Positions 37,861 through 48,657 of a DNA stretch of 64,000 nucleotides are shown here, in pieces. Position 1 is the stretch's first letter. Every line of letters begins with the position of its first letter. The notes under the pieces were generated by a model. It made no database searches. It was not told where the DNA came from and saw nothing but the letters and a program-made list of their open reading frames with translations. The translations under genes were made by a program, and so were the position numbers. Source of the DNA: Calditrichota bacterium (GTDB lineage Bacteria; Electryoneota; B3-LCP); contig JAGVQJ010000153.1 in the NCBI GenBank assembly GCA_020051775.1, forward strand, positions 4,115-68,114. Direction: 5' to 3'.

Positions 37861-39724
37861 ACTTCTTCCCCGCGCTTTTCTCCATGATTTCCACACACCG
37901 GCGTTGACCATCGGGGGATTCCAAGGCAAGGGCCGCTTCCTGAAGGTGCTGCGAGGTCCAGGACATCTGGCGACCGGCATAAAATAATCTCACCTTTCCG
38001 AGTTTGACCGGAGTGCGTTTCATCTCGTCTGCTACTGAAGCTGCTATGGCGGCAAACAGCGCCGACGTCTCAGGTTTCAGGGCGTGAATGTTGACGTCAA
38101 ACACGTCGTCATCCGATCTTAATACTTCCACCTGCACTTTGGCAAAGCCATGCGAGGCCATCTCGCGATGCAGCGCCGTTTCCAGGTAGAGCGGATTGCT
38201 GCGGGATTTGAAATCATCATGCCAACTCTGTAGATCCTGCCGAACGGTAATGGCAGCGCCGTAAACATCCTCGCGCAACATGACGCCTCGGTTGCGAGCC
38301 CCATCCGTCACCAACAATTGGATCATGTGGTCAATTTGCGCTTCGAGCGATAAGAGCCGTTGGTAGAGGGCTTCCAGAAAATTCACCTGCCCGGTCTGGA
38401 TAAAGCCCTCCGCCTCTTTGACGTCTGACGACCACTGTTCCAGCGACTTGTTTAAGGCAGCAAGAATTCCGGCATCCGCCAGAGAGTCTTTGCTAAGAGT
38501 TACCGATACCAATGGGGTTGGCGGAATCGCTGTGCGAGAGTTGGCGGGAGGCGTCAGGTTCGTTTTTTGGGTTAAAACCGGCGGTTCGGTTTTTTGCGAA
38601 AGTCGAGCGTTGTCGGCAGTCGGCGTCTGCTGAAGGACTTTATCGCTAACGACTTCGGGGATGGTATCGGCTGGGATATGTTGCGGGTACAGGATAGGCG
38701 GAGTCTGGGTCAGCAGTGATTGTTCCGGGCCTTTCATATACTTCGTCTGTACCCACTGCTGAATGGACGCCGGTTGCTGCGAAAATGGGGCCACTGTAGC
38801 TCGAGCATCGTAGATAGTCCGCTCCTGGTCGGGATCTAAAGCCAGGTGGAAGATCCCCTCATTGATCTGAGTGGTAAAATGGGCCGGATCATTTCCCGAC
38901 ATGGCGAATAGCTGTATGCGCAACTTCGTGCCATCAGGCAGGTCGCTGACACCGCGCACTAAACCCTGGTCAATCAGACAGGTGGGGTGTATGGGATAAC
39001 CCGCATCTTCCAGGCTGCGGCGGAATGCCAGGTCTTTCAGCATATCTTTGCGTTGAGAGCGCGCCTGATTATAACGCTCTTTTAAATCTACGGAAGCTTT
39101 GCGGGATTTCAAAATCGCCAACAAACGGCTGACCTTGCCTTCAATCTCATCCAGTTTTTCCATAATCTGGCGCGAAGACAGTCCCTTGTCAAGCAGTGCT
39201 TCCTGTTGATTCACGGTGTGCGACCATTGATCAATGGATAAGCCCAATTCTGTCTCATCGCGTTTTGTCGCGCTGTAGGAAAACAGGTAGATTACACCCA
39301 ATACCACGACCATCACGACGATCAGAAACAACGCCCCGCTTCGCAAAAACGCGGGGGTTAGAATAAGCTTGCGCCCAACACGCGGTGGAGGCGGTTCGGG
39401 TGCTTGAAAAGGCAACTCCCGAATCTCAGTCTCGGGAATGATAATGATCTCCTCTTCCCGGAGTTTCAGAGCATTTCTTGCCTCTTCATCGAAGGATTCA
39501 ACCATGACGTCAACTTTGCGCACATGGGTGGAGATGCCCATCCGTCGCAGTTGTCTTTCGATGGACACTGCTTCGGAAAGTGGGATGGAATCTCTAATCA
39601 CCAGCGGTAAATTCTTCATCCCTTGACGGATCTCTTCCATGCTCAAACCAGACAGTTCTGAGATGACGTTCAGGGCTTTGGTGTTTCGAGTCGAGGCGGT
39701 GATTTCGATAGAGTATTGTGCCAT
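37859..39724 (-). CDS. Membrane-anchored hypothetical protein, L7/L12-CTD/ClpS-like N-terminus
   Basis: SGLSMEEIRQGMKNLPLVIRDSIPLSEAVSIERQLRRMG; single TM around residues 127-148. Confidence 0.7.
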   Translation of the reverse strand: MAQYSIEITASTRNTKALNVISELSGLSMEEIRQGMKNLPLVIRDSIPLSEAVSIERQLRRMGISTHVRKVDVMVESFDEEARNALKLREEEIIIIPETEIRELPFQAPEPPPPRVGRKLILTPAFLRSGALFLIVVMVVVLGVIYLFSYSATKRDETELGLSIDQWSHTVNQQEALLDKGLSSRQIMEKLDEIEGKVSRLLAILKSRKASVDLKERYNQARSQRKDMLKDLAFRRSLEDAGYPIHPTCLIDQGLVRGVSDLPDGTKLRIQLFAMSGNDPAHFTTQINEGIFHLALDPDQERTIYDARATVAPFSQQPASIQQWVQTKYMKGPEQSLLTQTPPILYPQHIPADTIPEVVSDKVLQQTPTADNARLSQKTEPPVLTQKTNLTPPANSRTAIPPTPLVSVTLSKDSLADAGILAALNKSLEQWSSDVKEAEGFIQTGQVNFLEALYQRLLSLEAQIDHMIQLLVTDGARNRGVMLREDVYGAAITVRQDLQSWHDDFKSRSNPLYLETALHREMASHGFAKVQVEVLRSDDDVFDVNIHALKPETSALFAAIAASVADEMKRTPVKLGKVRLFYAGRQMSWTSQHLQEAALALESPDGQRRCVEIMEKSAGKK

Positions 39725-39812
39725 GGCCGGTTAACGGATACCGATGAAATGGAAAAATAATAAAATGGAAAGATGGAAAATAATTCTGTGGTATAATTTA
39801 AGGTGACTGACC

Positions 39813-40424
39813 TTATTTACCGTGTAGGAGTTTCTCCTCGGCGCGCCACTTATCGAGCACTCCCCACAATTCTTTTCGACCGTCTTTGTTCACGGTGGAA
39901 AAAGCGATGGTTTGCCCTGCGCCGGGGAACGACAGTTCACCACCTGCGCGACGCATGGCTTCCGCCAGTTTGGATCGGGTCAATTTATCGGATTTGTTCA
40001 GCGCATAGACCGTGGGAATCTGACTCTCAGCCAGCCAGCGCGCCATGTCCAGGTCAATGGGTGTGGGAGCGTGGCGGGCATCCATCACTTGCACCACTCC
40101 CATCAGCGTGTCGGATTTGCGAAAATAGCGCTCCATCTCCTTCATCCAGCGGGTGCGTACCGTTTCGGCAACTTTGGCGTAGCCGTATCCCGGCGGATCC
40201 ACGAAAAGCAATTTTTCGTCAACTTCGTAGAAAAAAAAGAGCCGGGTTTTCCCCGGCGTGGAGCTGGTTCGAGCTAATCCCTTCTGCCCCAACAAGCAAT
40301 TGATCAGGGAAGATTTGCCAACATTAGACCGTCCCAGGAATATGATTTCTGGCAGCGGATTGCGGCGCAATACCAGGGGGTTCATCGAGGACCCCACATA
40401 GCGAGCTTCTACCCGGGCGTTCAT
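39813..40424 (-). CDS. engB: Ribosome biogenesis GTPase YihA/YsxC
   Basis: GRSNVGKSSLIN, STPGKT, DPPGYGYA, NKSD. Confidence 0.95.
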   Translation of the reverse strand: MNARVEARYVGSSMNPLVLRRNPLPEIIFLGRSNVGKSSLINCLLGQKGLARTSSTPGKTRLFFFYEVDEKLLFVDPPGYGYAKVAETVRTRWMKEMERYFRKSDTLMGVVQVMDARHAPTPIDLDMARWLAESQIPTVYALNKSDKLTRSKLAEAMRRAGGELSFPGAGQTIAFSTVNKDGRKELWGVLDKWRAEEKLLHGK

Positions 40425-42778
40425 CCGTTCAGGATATCCAAGACCTGGTCCAAACTATCCACGGGAAGAACTTTCAGGCCCCGCCGAACTTCCCGCGAAA
40501 TCTCTGATAGCTGCGGCAGATTTTCGCGTGGAATCAGGACTTTTTTTACTTTGGCGCGCTTGGCGGCAATGAGTTTTTCCGGCAGGCCGCCGATAGCCAG
40601 CACTTCGCCTCGCAAAGTGATCTCACCGGTCATGGCTATATCCTGTGGCAACGCCTTGCCGGAAACGGCCGAATAGAGCGCCGCGGCGATGGTAATTCCT
40701 GCAGAAGGACCATCTTTGGGAACCGCACCTTCCGGGATGTGCAGGTGGATTTCACGTCCGCGGAAGAAATCGCGATCAAGGCCCAGATGTTCGGCACGCT
40801 CGCGCAGGTAGGTCAAAGCCGCACGTGCGGATTCTTTCATCACGTCGCCAAGCTGGCCGGTCAAGACCAGTTCGCCGTGCCCCCGCATCAGGGTAACGTC
40901 CACGGTCAAAACGTCTCCGCCTGCAGAAGTCCAGGCCAAGCCGGTGGCGCGACCAACCTGCTTGGCCAGTTTCAAGCGGCGATCAGGATAAGGAGCTACG
41001 CCAAGAAGCTCTTTCAAAGCAGAAAGCGACACTGCGACTGGAGTTTTACTGTGTTTTTCCACGATTTTTCGCGCCACCTTGCGGCAAATGCGGGCAATGT
41101 GGCGTTCCAACTCACGAACGCCCGCTTCGCGTGTATATTCGTCAATCATGCGGTAGAGGGCTTCTTTCGAGACCTCAAGTTGACCGGTCTTCAACCCATT
41201 GGCTTTGATTTGCTTGGGTATTAGGAATTTCTGAGCGATATGCAATTTCTCGTTGCGAAGGTAGCCGGGAAGGCGGATGATTTCCATGCGATCCAGCAAC
41301 GGAGCAGGAATGTCTTCTTCGTAATTGGCCGTCGTCAAAAACATCACTTCTGACAGATCAAATTCCACATCCATATAATGATCGAGGAAGGTGGCGTTCT
41401 GTTCCGGATCCAGAGCTTCAAGTAGCGCGGCAGCGGGGTCGCCTCGGAAGTCGGAGTTCATCTTATCCACCTCATCCAACAGGAAGACCGGATTCCGAGT
41501 CCCGGCTTTTTTCATACATTGAATGATGCGACCCGGCAAAGCGCCGATATACGTCCGGCGATGGCCTCGAATTTCGGCTTCGTCCCGCACGCCACCGAGC
41601 GATACCCGCACGAATTTGCGCCCCATAGCCCGAGCGATAGAATGTCCCAGGCTGGTCTTCCCCACCCCGGGCGGGCCGACGAAGCACAATATGGGTCCGC
41701 GCATGCGCTCCACCAGTTTCAGAACCGAGAGATGCTCCAAAATGCGTTCTTTAGGTTTTTCCAAGCCGTAATGATCCTCATCCAGAATATGACGTCCCCG
41801 TTCGATATCCAGAGCGTCTTTGGTGCGTTTGGTCCAGGGCAGGCTGGTTAACCAATCGAGGTAGGTGCGCACGACAGTCGCCTCGGGCGACAATTCCGCC
41901 ATACCTCCTAGGCGATCCAGCTCCTCATAGGCTTTTTCCCGCACCTCCTTGGGCATTCTGGCCTTGCGTATCTTCTCGCGATATTCGACGAATACTTCGT
42001 CCTCGTCTTCCTCCTCTTCGCCCAACTCGCGACGAATCACTTTTATCTGTTCCTGCAGGTAATAGTTTCGCTGCGACCGGATCATCTTATCACGGGTCAT
42101 GTGATCTATTGACTTTTCCAACTTCAGGATTTCTATCTCTTCCTTCAGCAAATGAGTGACCGCGAGCAATTGCTGGTACAGATCCGGGATTTCCAGTATC
42201 TCCTGCTTTTTAGCCGGGTTGCTTTCCGTGTAGGCGCAGATATAATCGGCCACCTGTTGAGGTTGCTGCAAGCGTTCCAACGACAGCAGCAACTCATCTG
42301 GGATGTTTTGGTTCAAAGTCACATATTCTTTAAAAACCGCAAGAGCACGGCGCAAACCTGCCTGAGTTTTCTGGCTATCATCAACACCGGGTACAAACGG
42401 AACGAGAGTGGCGGACAATATCCCTTTCTTGCGCGAAATACGAGTAACCTCCACGCGAACTTGACCTTCCACCAAGACTTTGGTCATCCCGCTGGGTAGG
42501 TGCAGTAATTGATTGATCCGTCCCACGACGCCCACCCTGTACAAATGTTCTGGGTTGACATCATCTATAGTGGGGTCTTTTTGGGTTAGGAGCAGGATCT
42601 GGCGAGCGTTTTCAAGCACTTCTTCGACCACTTTCAAACTCCCGGGACGACCAATTAGCAGCGGGTATACCGTGCCAGGGTATATGACTACATCCCGTAA
42701 GGGAACTACCGGAAGTTCGGACGGGATTTCCAAATCAGGGGAGATGTTTTTCGTTGTATTTTTGGGAATTGCTGGCAT
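40421..42778 (-). CDS. lon: Endopeptidase La
   Basis: [36 protein letters not shown]. Confidence 0.98.
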   Translation of the reverse strand: MPAIPKNTTKNISPDLEIPSELPVVPLRDVVIYPGTVYPLLIGRPGSLKVVEEVLENARQILLLTQKDPTIDDVNPEHLYRVGVVGRINQLLHLPSGMTKVLVEGQVRVEVTRISRKKGILSATLVPFVPGVDDSQKTQAGLRRALAVFKEYVTLNQNIPDELLLSLERLQQPQQVADYICAYTESNPAKKQEILEIPDLYQQLLAVTHLLKEEIEILKLEKSIDHMTRDKMIRSQRNYYLQEQIKVIRRELGEEEEDEDEVFVEYREKIRKARMPKEVREKAYEELDRLGGMAELSPEATVVRTYLDWLTSLPWTKRTKDALDIERGRHILDEDHYGLEKPKERILEHLSVLKLVERMRGPILCFVGPPGVGKTSLGHSIARAMGRKFVRVSLGGVRDEAEIRGHRRTYIGALPGRIIQCMKKAGTRNPVFLLDEVDKMNSDFRGDPAAALLEALDPEQNATFLDHYMDVEFDLSEVMFLTTANYEEDIPAPLLDRMEIIRLPGYLRNEKLHIAQKFLIPKQIKANGLKTGQLEVSKEALYRMIDEYTREAGVRELERHIARICRKVARKIVEKHSKTPVAVSLSALKELLGVAPYPDRRLKLAKQVGRATGLAWTSAGGDVLTVDVTLMRGHGELVLTGQLGDVMKESARAALTYLRERAEHLGLDRDFFRGREIHLHIPEGAVPKDGPSAGITIAAALYSAVSGKALPQDIAMTGEITLRGEVLAIGGLPEKLIAAKRAKVKKVLIPRENLPQLSEISREVRRGLKVLPVDSLDQVLDILNG

Positions 42779-42990
42779 GTTTATCTTCTGTGTGATTGGA
42801 ACTTATTAATCAAATTAGCATATTTTTAGGGTTCCTGCAAGAACTATTTCCAGGAATCCCGTGTCACTGGGGGATTTCAAGGAGAATGTTCTTTAAAAGC
42901 CTTGACATTTCCATGAAAATGTTTAGATTATATAACTCACGGCAGCGCCGACCAGCGGCGAACGCTTCTGTATGGAATTAACGGCGGTAG

Positions 42991-43836
42991 GTGTTTATGA
43001 ATACGCCCCAAAAACAGATGCTGGTATTCACCAGTCTCGATGGGTACATGATTGATCCCAGTGTTGAAGGCATTCAAACGATCTTACCGGCATTGGAACT
43101 ACTGCACGGCCGCGAGGTTCCGCATATAGCCGTCACGGTTCGCTCGGCGGTTGAAATCGCGCCAATCTTGGAAGCCTTGGATCACGATGATCCCTTTATC
43201 GTGGAATCCGGTGCGGCCATCTACCTCCCGGCAGAACGATTCAAGATCAATTTTTCCTATCAGAATTCGGATGACAAATTTAAAATCGTGGAATTCGGTT
43301 TAGCGCGCGCCGCAATACTTGAAAAGCTGCCGATATTAAGAGATCAGTATCATTTGGACGTCTGGAGCCTTTCCGAATTGAACCAGGATCAAGCCGCCCA
43401 GATCATCGGCCTTTCAGCAGAGGAAATTGAGCGCGTAAAAAATCGGAAATATACAGAACCGATCATATTCAACGGATCAGGGGATGAAATTCCCCAGCTT
43501 CAGGCTGCCGTCGAAAGTCTGCGCATGCATCTATCTCGTCATGACCGTTATTTTGTCTTGACCGGCGACCATAACTCCGGCGGCGCGGTAAGTTTCCTGC
43601 TGCAACTCTACCGTGAAGAATTTCCCAACACTACTCTCATCAGCATCGGATTGGGAGACGGTATCTTGAGCGCTCCGATGCTGCATACGGTAGATACTCC
43701 CGTTTTGGTTCGGTTACCGGGAGGCCACTTCGATGATCGCGTGGGACGGCATGGGATGAAATTCACTCGTGAATCCGGCCCCGTAGGGTGGAACCAGGCA
43801 GTAATTGCGCTGGTAACAGAAGATCCGGACGCCTAA
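42991..43836 (+). CDS. Mannosyl-3-phosphoglycerate phosphatase-like HAD protein (degenerate active site)
   Basis: PFIVESGAAIYLP, RKYTEP, GPVGWNQAV match MpgP/YedP; motif I reads FTSLDG. Confidence 0.75.
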   Translation: MFMNTPQKQMLVFTSLDGYMIDPSVEGIQTILPALELLHGREVPHIAVTVRSAVEIAPILEALDHDDPFIVESGAAIYLPAERFKINFSYQNSDDKFKIVEFGLARAAILEKLPILRDQYHLDVWSLSELNQDQAAQIIGLSAEEIERVKNRKYTEPIIFNGSGDEIPQLQAAVESLRMHLSRHDRYFVLTGDHNSGGAVSFLLQLYREEFPNTTLISIGLGDGILSAPMLHTVDTPVLVRLPGGHFDDRVGRHGMKFTRESGPVGWNQAVIALVTEDPDA

Positions 43837-43856
43837 GTTGATAGGATATCCTACCC

Positions 43857-43880
43857 AGCCCAGGGTCGCGACCCTGGGCT
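43857..43880. repeat. Perfect 24-bp palindrome, REP family copy
   Basis: AGCCCAGGGTCGCGACCCTGGGCT, related to the split REP at about 35340-35539. Confidence 0.7.
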
Positions 43881-43929
43881 ATTTCATAATAAACCTTCAG
43901 GACGGCGAAGTTCCTCGTTGAAATCGGTC

Positions 43930-44283
43930 ATGCACGAAGCGACGATTGCAGCAGAATTAATTACTCTGGCCCAAAAAGAAGCTGGTAAGGCAGGTTATCC
44001 CCAGGCGGTCATTACTCAGGTGCGGGTGCGCGTCGGAGCATTACGAGCTGTTGTGGAGGAGAGTCTGATCTTCGCCTTTGACGCCTTAAAGGTCGGAACA
44101 CCCTTAGAACATGCTGACTTGATGGTTGAGAAAGCCCCGGTGCATGGCGAGTGCCGGCGTTGCGGATCACCTTTTCAACCGGAGGAAGCTCTGTTCATCT
44201 GTGCGCATTGCGGCAGCGCCGATTTGGATATTCGGGGGGGGGATGAATTGAATTTATTAGAATTGACGATCGAAGATGGATAG
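43930..44283 (+). CDS. hypA: Hydrogenase maturation nickel metallochaperone HypA
   Basis: MHE start, CRRC...CAHCGS, GDEL. Confidence 0.92.
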   Translation: MHEATIAAELITLAQKEAGKAGYPQAVITQVRVRVGALRAVVEESLIFAFDALKVGTPLEHADLMVEKAPVHGECRRCGSPFQPEEALFICAHCGSADLDIRGGDELNLLELTIEDG

Positions 44284-45403
44284 CCGATTGAAATCTTTGA
44301 TTCGTGGATTTCAATCCGAATCTCGTGCCGGTCTTGCGACTTCCGGGCGCAAGGTTGTGGGGACGCTCTGCCTTGCAGCCCCTGCAGAAATAGCCGAAGC
44401 TGTGGGCGCTATACCGGTTAGACTTTTGTACTCAAGCGAAGATGAGGAGCTGCGCGGTGGAAGATTTTTATCTTCGGATTCCTGCTCGTTCTGTAAAGCA
44501 GTATTGGGAGGATTGGATTTAGCCGACCCGAAACCCGATGCCGTTTTAGGCGCCACTACCTGCGACCAAATGCGTCGCAATCTGGAAATCATTGCCCGGG
44601 ATTTGCACATTCCGGTTTTTATGTTCAATGCTCCTCGAACCAGCGCCAACCCCATGGTGGATGATTTTATTTATCACGATCTTCTGCGCCTGTTCGGTGA
44701 AATCTCAGATTGGGCTGGAGTTCCACTGGATGTGGAAAAGCTATCGGTTTTTGTGCAACGACGCCACCTTCTGCGCCGGCGTATTGGGTCGCTCCTGGCA
44801 AAGCGGGAGGCCCTCCATCCCACCTTGAGCGGTAGCGAATTTCAAACGTTGATGGCGTTCTACCAGAATTCAAGATTGGACGACTTCGAGAGAAACCTGC
44901 CGGAAATTGAAGCCTATCTATCCCAACGAGACCCGATATTTCGCCATGAACCCTTGCGGATTGGTCTATTAGGCAGTTGCTTGGGCGTAGATGATGATCA
45001 GGTTATCGAGTTGGTTGAAGAGACGGGCCAGGCAGCTATCGTCTACGACGCGGTATGCACCGGTAGCCGCGTTATTCGTCGAACCAACATTCTCCCCGAA
45101 GACCCCATTGCTGCGCTTGCGCAGCTTTATCATCACCAGGTATTATGCCCTCATAAACGTCCCAACGATAGTCTGCTGGAACAGGTTACTGCGGAATTGA
45201 AACAGTTAGGCGTGCAGGGTGTGATCTTCAAGACACTTAAATTCTGCCATCCCTGGGGCTTTGAGGCGCGCCGTTTCAAAGAAACTCTGGGACTTCCCTT
45301 CCTTCATCTGGATCACGATTACTCCCCATCTGCTTCCGGCCAACTTCGCACCCGTATTCACGCCTTCATGGAGCAATTAAGCCTGTCGCGCCCGCTTCAA
45401 TGA
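44276..45403 (+). CDS. 2-hydroxyacyl-CoA dehydratase subunit (HgdB/FldC-like)
   Basis: CSFCK, TTCDQMRR, VCTG, KFCHPW, QLRTRIHAFMEQL. Confidence 0.88.
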   Translation: MDSRLKSLIRGFQSESRAGLATSGRKVVGTLCLAAPAEIAEAVGAIPVRLLYSSEDEELRGGRFLSSDSCSFCKAVLGGLDLADPKPDAVLGATTCDQMRRNLEIIARDLHIPVFMFNAPRTSANPMVDDFIYHDLLRLFGEISDWAGVPLDVEKLSVFVQRRHLLRRRIGSLLAKREALHPTLSGSEFQTLMAFYQNSRLDDFERNLPEIEAYLSQRDPIFRHEPLRIGLLGSCLGVDDDQVIELVEETGQAAIVYDAVCTGSRVIRRTNILPEDPIAALAQLYHHQVLCPHKRPNDSLLEQVTAELKQLGVQGVIFKTLKFCHPWGFEARRFKETLGLPFLHLDHDYSPSASGQLRTRIHAFMEQLSLSRPLQ

Positions 45404-45426
45404 TGAAGAGCCTCCCCTCTTTTCTA

Positions 45427-45455
45427 TTGATTTCCCAGGAATAAATTCCTATATT
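45427..45455 (+). promoter_or_regulatory. Promoter of the yggS operon
   Basis: TTGATT-N17-TATATT. Confidence 0.6.
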
Positions 45456-45467
45456 ATATGATTCTCT

Positions 45468-46187
45468 ATGCTGGAATTGGCGGTGATTGATTCACAAACT
45501 GAAGTTACTCTGCGCCTGAAACAGGTGTGGGAGAATATCGGTAAAGCGGCTGAACGCTCAGGACGCAATCCTTCTGCGGTGCGCCTCGTCGCAGCAAGTA
45601 AAACCATTGAACCCGCATTAATTCTGCAGGCGATTGCCTCGGGCGTCACAATTTTGGGTGAAAATCGCGTACAGGAGGCCAAGGAGAAATGGCCTCAAAT
45701 AGAAAATCGCATGCGCGCTTGTAAATGTGAATTCCACATGGTGGGGCATTTACAGACCAATAAAAGTAGAGACGCGGTGCATCTGTTTGAAGTTATCCAA
45801 TCTTTGGACTCTGAACGGTTGGCACGTTCTTTGGATCAACATGCTCAGGAATTAGGCAAGGTGCAGCGTGTTTTAGTGGAGGTAAACACCTCCTTCGAGC
45901 TGACTAAATTTGGTGTGGAACCGGAAGAAGCCCATAACTTAATAAAGATCGTGCAGACTTTTAAAAACTTGAAGTTGGAGGGGCTGATGACTATCGGTCC
46001 GCTGACCGGGGGAGCTATGGCGGCACGTCAAGCTTTTCGCCGACTGAGTGAATTGCGGGATCAATGTGGCGGCCTCCAATCATTACCGGAATTATCCATG
46101 GGCATGTCCCAGGATTATGAAATTGCCATCGAGGAAGGCGCCACCATGATTCGGGTAGGATCTGCAATTTTCGGAGATCGGATATAG
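45468..46187 (+). CDS. yggS: PLP homeostasis protein YggS
   Basis: AASKT, GENRVQE, HMVGHLQTNK, LSMGMSQDY, RVGSAIFG. Confidence 0.96.
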   Translation: MLELAVIDSQTEVTLRLKQVWENIGKAAERSGRNPSAVRLVAASKTIEPALILQAIASGVTILGENRVQEAKEKWPQIENRMRACKCEFHMVGHLQTNKSRDAVHLFEVIQSLDSERLARSLDQHAQELGKVQRVLVEVNTSFELTKFGVEPEEAHNLIKIVQTFKNLKLEGLMTIGPLTGGAMAARQAFRRLSELRDQCGGLQSLPELSMGMSQDYEIAIEEGATMIRVGSAIFGDRI

Positions 46188-46198
46188 GAAAATCTATC

Positions 46199-46495
46199 AT
46201 GGCAATCTTGGGTTATTTTGTGAGGCCACTGCTTAGTATCGCCAGTCTCCTGCTCTGGGTGGCCTTTTTCTTGTTTCTGCTGCGCGGCCTGCTCTCCTGG
46301 TTTCCTCTGGACCCGCGTGACCGTTGGATACGCGCCATCAGTGATATCACTGATCCGGTTCTGGATCGGATCAGGCGGGTCATTCCGCCCCTGGGTACGG
46401 TGGATTTAAGCCCCATGATAGCGGGCTTGCTGTGCTGGTTTCTAAACGTCTCTGTGATTCGTTTTTTACAGGATCTGGTCAGACGGTCGTTATAA
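46199..46495 (+). CDS. yggT: YggT family membrane protein
   Basis: LLSWF...ITDPVL..IRRVIPPLG.VDLSP. Confidence 0.92.
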   Translation: MAILGYFVRPLLSIASLLLWVAFFLFLLRGLLSWFPLDPRDRWIRAISDITDPVLDRIRRVIPPLGTVDLSPMIAGLLCWFLNVSVIRFLQDLVRRSL

Positions 46496-46510
46496 TTAAC
46501 GGAGAAAAAA

Positions 46511-47023
46511 ATGAAACTGACTCCGCTCGAAATCCGTAAGATGGACTTCTCCCGGTCGTTGCGCGGTTATAACCCTGAAGAAGTGCGGGCGTTCCTGGAA
46601 ACCGTGGCCGACCAGATAGATATCCTGCAACGTGACGTCAACGATTTCTCCGATAATGTGGTGCGCTTAGAAACCCGGCTGGCCGATTTCCAGATGATGG
46701 AAAAGACCTTACAGGAAACATTATTGAAAGCGGAAGAATCAGCACATCGGTCGCGGGCAGATTCTCAGCGCGAAGCAGAAATTACCATGCGCGAAGCAGA
46801 GGTGGAGGCGCAGCGCATTTTAGCCGAAGGCCGCAATGCTTCCGAAAGATTGAAAACCGAAATCTTAATGCTGCAAGACCGCCGTGATAGCTTCATTAAA
46901 AAACTCAAGTATTTGTTGCAAAGTCAAACCGATCTGATTGATGTAATTGAAGGAAACGAATCCGGGCCCGAGACCGGTCAAACAGGGAGAGCACATGGAA
47001 ACGATCCGACAACAGTTGGCTGA
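46511..47023 (+). CDS. divIVA: DivIVA domain protein
   Basis: [25 protein letters not shown] followed by coiled coil. Confidence 0.9.
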   Translation: MKLTPLEIRKMDFSRSLRGYNPEEVRAFLETVADQIDILQRDVNDFSDNVVRLETRLADFQMMEKTLQETLLKAEESAHRSRADSQREAEITMREAEVEAQRILAEGRNASERLKTEILMLQDRRDSFIKKLKYLLQSQTDLIDVIEGNESGPETGQTGRAHGNDPTTVG

Positions 47024-47816
47024 AACCATACCGTACATTCGCAAGCACACCGACGTTAAACCCGAAGTTGGTATTATCCTGGGAACCGGATTGGGGGCAT
47101 TAGCCCAGGAAATCAAGGTGGAAACCACGCTCGATTACCAGGATATTCCCCATTTCCCCATCTCGACGGTGGAATTCCATGCCGGAAAACTTCTTTTCGG
47201 GGCATTAGGAGGCAAATCCGTTGTGGCCATGCAAGGGCGCTTTCACTATTACGAAGGCTACTCCATGAAGCAGATCAGTTTCCCGGTACGCGTCATGAAA
47301 GAGCTGGGAGTGAAGACGCTGCTGGTGTCCAACGCCTGCGGCGGCATGAATCCGATATACCGCGCCGGGGATATCATGATCATGGAAGATCACATCAATC
47401 TGTTGGGTGATAATCCCCTGATCGGCGTCAACGATCCTGAATTGGGCCCCAGGTTTCCGGATATGTCCGAACCTTACAACCGCAAGCTGATGGACCTGGC
47501 CGAACAGGTTGCCTTGGAAAAGGGGATCAAGGTGCAGCGGGGCGTTTACGTTGCGGTGGCGGGTCCTAATCTGGAAACTCGCGCGGAATATCGTTTCCTG
47601 CGCATCATCGGCGCCGACGTTGTGGGTATGTCCACGATCCCGGAAGTCGTGGTCGCCAACCATGCCGGAATGCAAGTGTTGGGATTGTCCGTAATCACGG
47701 ATGAGTGCTTCCCGGACGCCTTGAAACCGGCCAAGATCGAAGAGATCATCGAGACAGCCGCCGGCGCTGAACCCAAGCTGACTTACATCATGAAAACGGT
47801 GGTGCAGAGACTGTGA
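46995..47816 (+). CDS. punA: Purine-nucleoside phosphorylase
   Basis: [33 protein letters not shown]. Confidence 0.95.
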   Translation: METIRQQLAETIPYIRKHTDVKPEVGIILGTGLGALAQEIKVETTLDYQDIPHFPISTVEFHAGKLLFGALGGKSVVAMQGRFHYYEGYSMKQISFPVRVMKELGVKTLLVSNACGGMNPIYRAGDIMIMEDHINLLGDNPLIGVNDPELGPRFPDMSEPYNRKLMDLAEQVALEKGIKVQRGVYVAVAGPNLETRAEYRFLRIIGADVVGMSTIPEVVVANHAGMQVLGLSVITDECFPDALKPAKIEEIIETAAGAEPKLTYIMKTVVQRL

Positions 47817-48610
47817 AAATTTCTGCGTCAATTGAAGGATACCACCCGCCCCGGATTGAATTCCAGGAGCTGTTACGACTGGGAGCGCTGCTGATCTTGT
47901 GGTTGCTCGTTGCTTCCCCATTATCTGCCGAAACCAAACGCTTGACGGGCTACTATACCGAAGAGGAAGTCCGCACTCTGACTGCGGGAGAGTTGGACGA
48001 CGTAATTCTGCGTAAGAGCTGGTATAGCGGTCAGTTAATGATGAAAGACGAGCAGTGGCAAGGTATTACGATTGCTCGCCTGGATCGCGACAGCATTTAT
48101 ATCCTGGAACCGCGCATCAAAGCATACTTTACGGTCACACCGGAAACCGCGCGGCGAAATGTCGCCACGCAGTTACAAATCTTCGGAGCTGAAAAGGACA
48201 AAACCGGCAAGTTCTTCTTTCCAGAAGATCTGTTTATCCGCACTGGAACAACCAAGCAGGTAGGCCGCTGGAATTGCTACCAGGTGATGACCAATCCTAA
48301 GTACCGCAGTCCGGAAAAGCCTTATGTTATCTTTTGGTACAGCACCGAAGTGGATTTTCCCGTGCAGGTTTTCGGTCAGCAGTTGAAGAATTTCTTTGGC
48401 GATACGCCGGAGGTGAAGGGATTGTTCGACCGCATCACACAGTTCGAGGGTTACCCGGTACGCACCGAAGCGCACGGCGAGAACGGCACCGTAATCACTA
48501 CATTGGTTAAACTGCAATCTCGCAACGACATTGATCCCCAAATCTTTGAAGTTCCTAAAGGTTATAACCACGTGCCTATGCCGGGCAATCAACCTCCGCC
48601 GAAAAGGTGA
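47813..48610 (+). CDS. DUF4412-like secreted protein
   Basis: [33 protein letters not shown]; true start uncertain. Confidence 0.7.
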   Translation: MKISASIEGYHPPRIEFQELLRLGALLILWLLVASPLSAETKRLTGYYTEEEVRTLTAGELDDVILRKSWYSGQLMMKDEQWQGITIARLDRDSIYILEPRIKAYFTVTPETARRNVATQLQIFGAEKDKTGKFFFPEDLFIRTGTTKQVGRWNCYQVMTNPKYRSPEKPYVIFWYSTEVDFPVQVFGQQLKNFFGDTPEVKGLFDRITQFEGYPVRTEAHGENGTVITTLVKLQSRNDIDPQIFEVPKGYNHVPMPGNQPPPKR

Positions 48611-48657
48611 GCGTCAAACCATTGACTGAACCAATATTTCCGATGATTGCGCATAAT

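Noticed and set aside
37571-37987. ORFs on both strands across the heptamer repeat
   Set aside because: Low-complexity translations (PATSHQP / WWLVAGG) of repeat DNA
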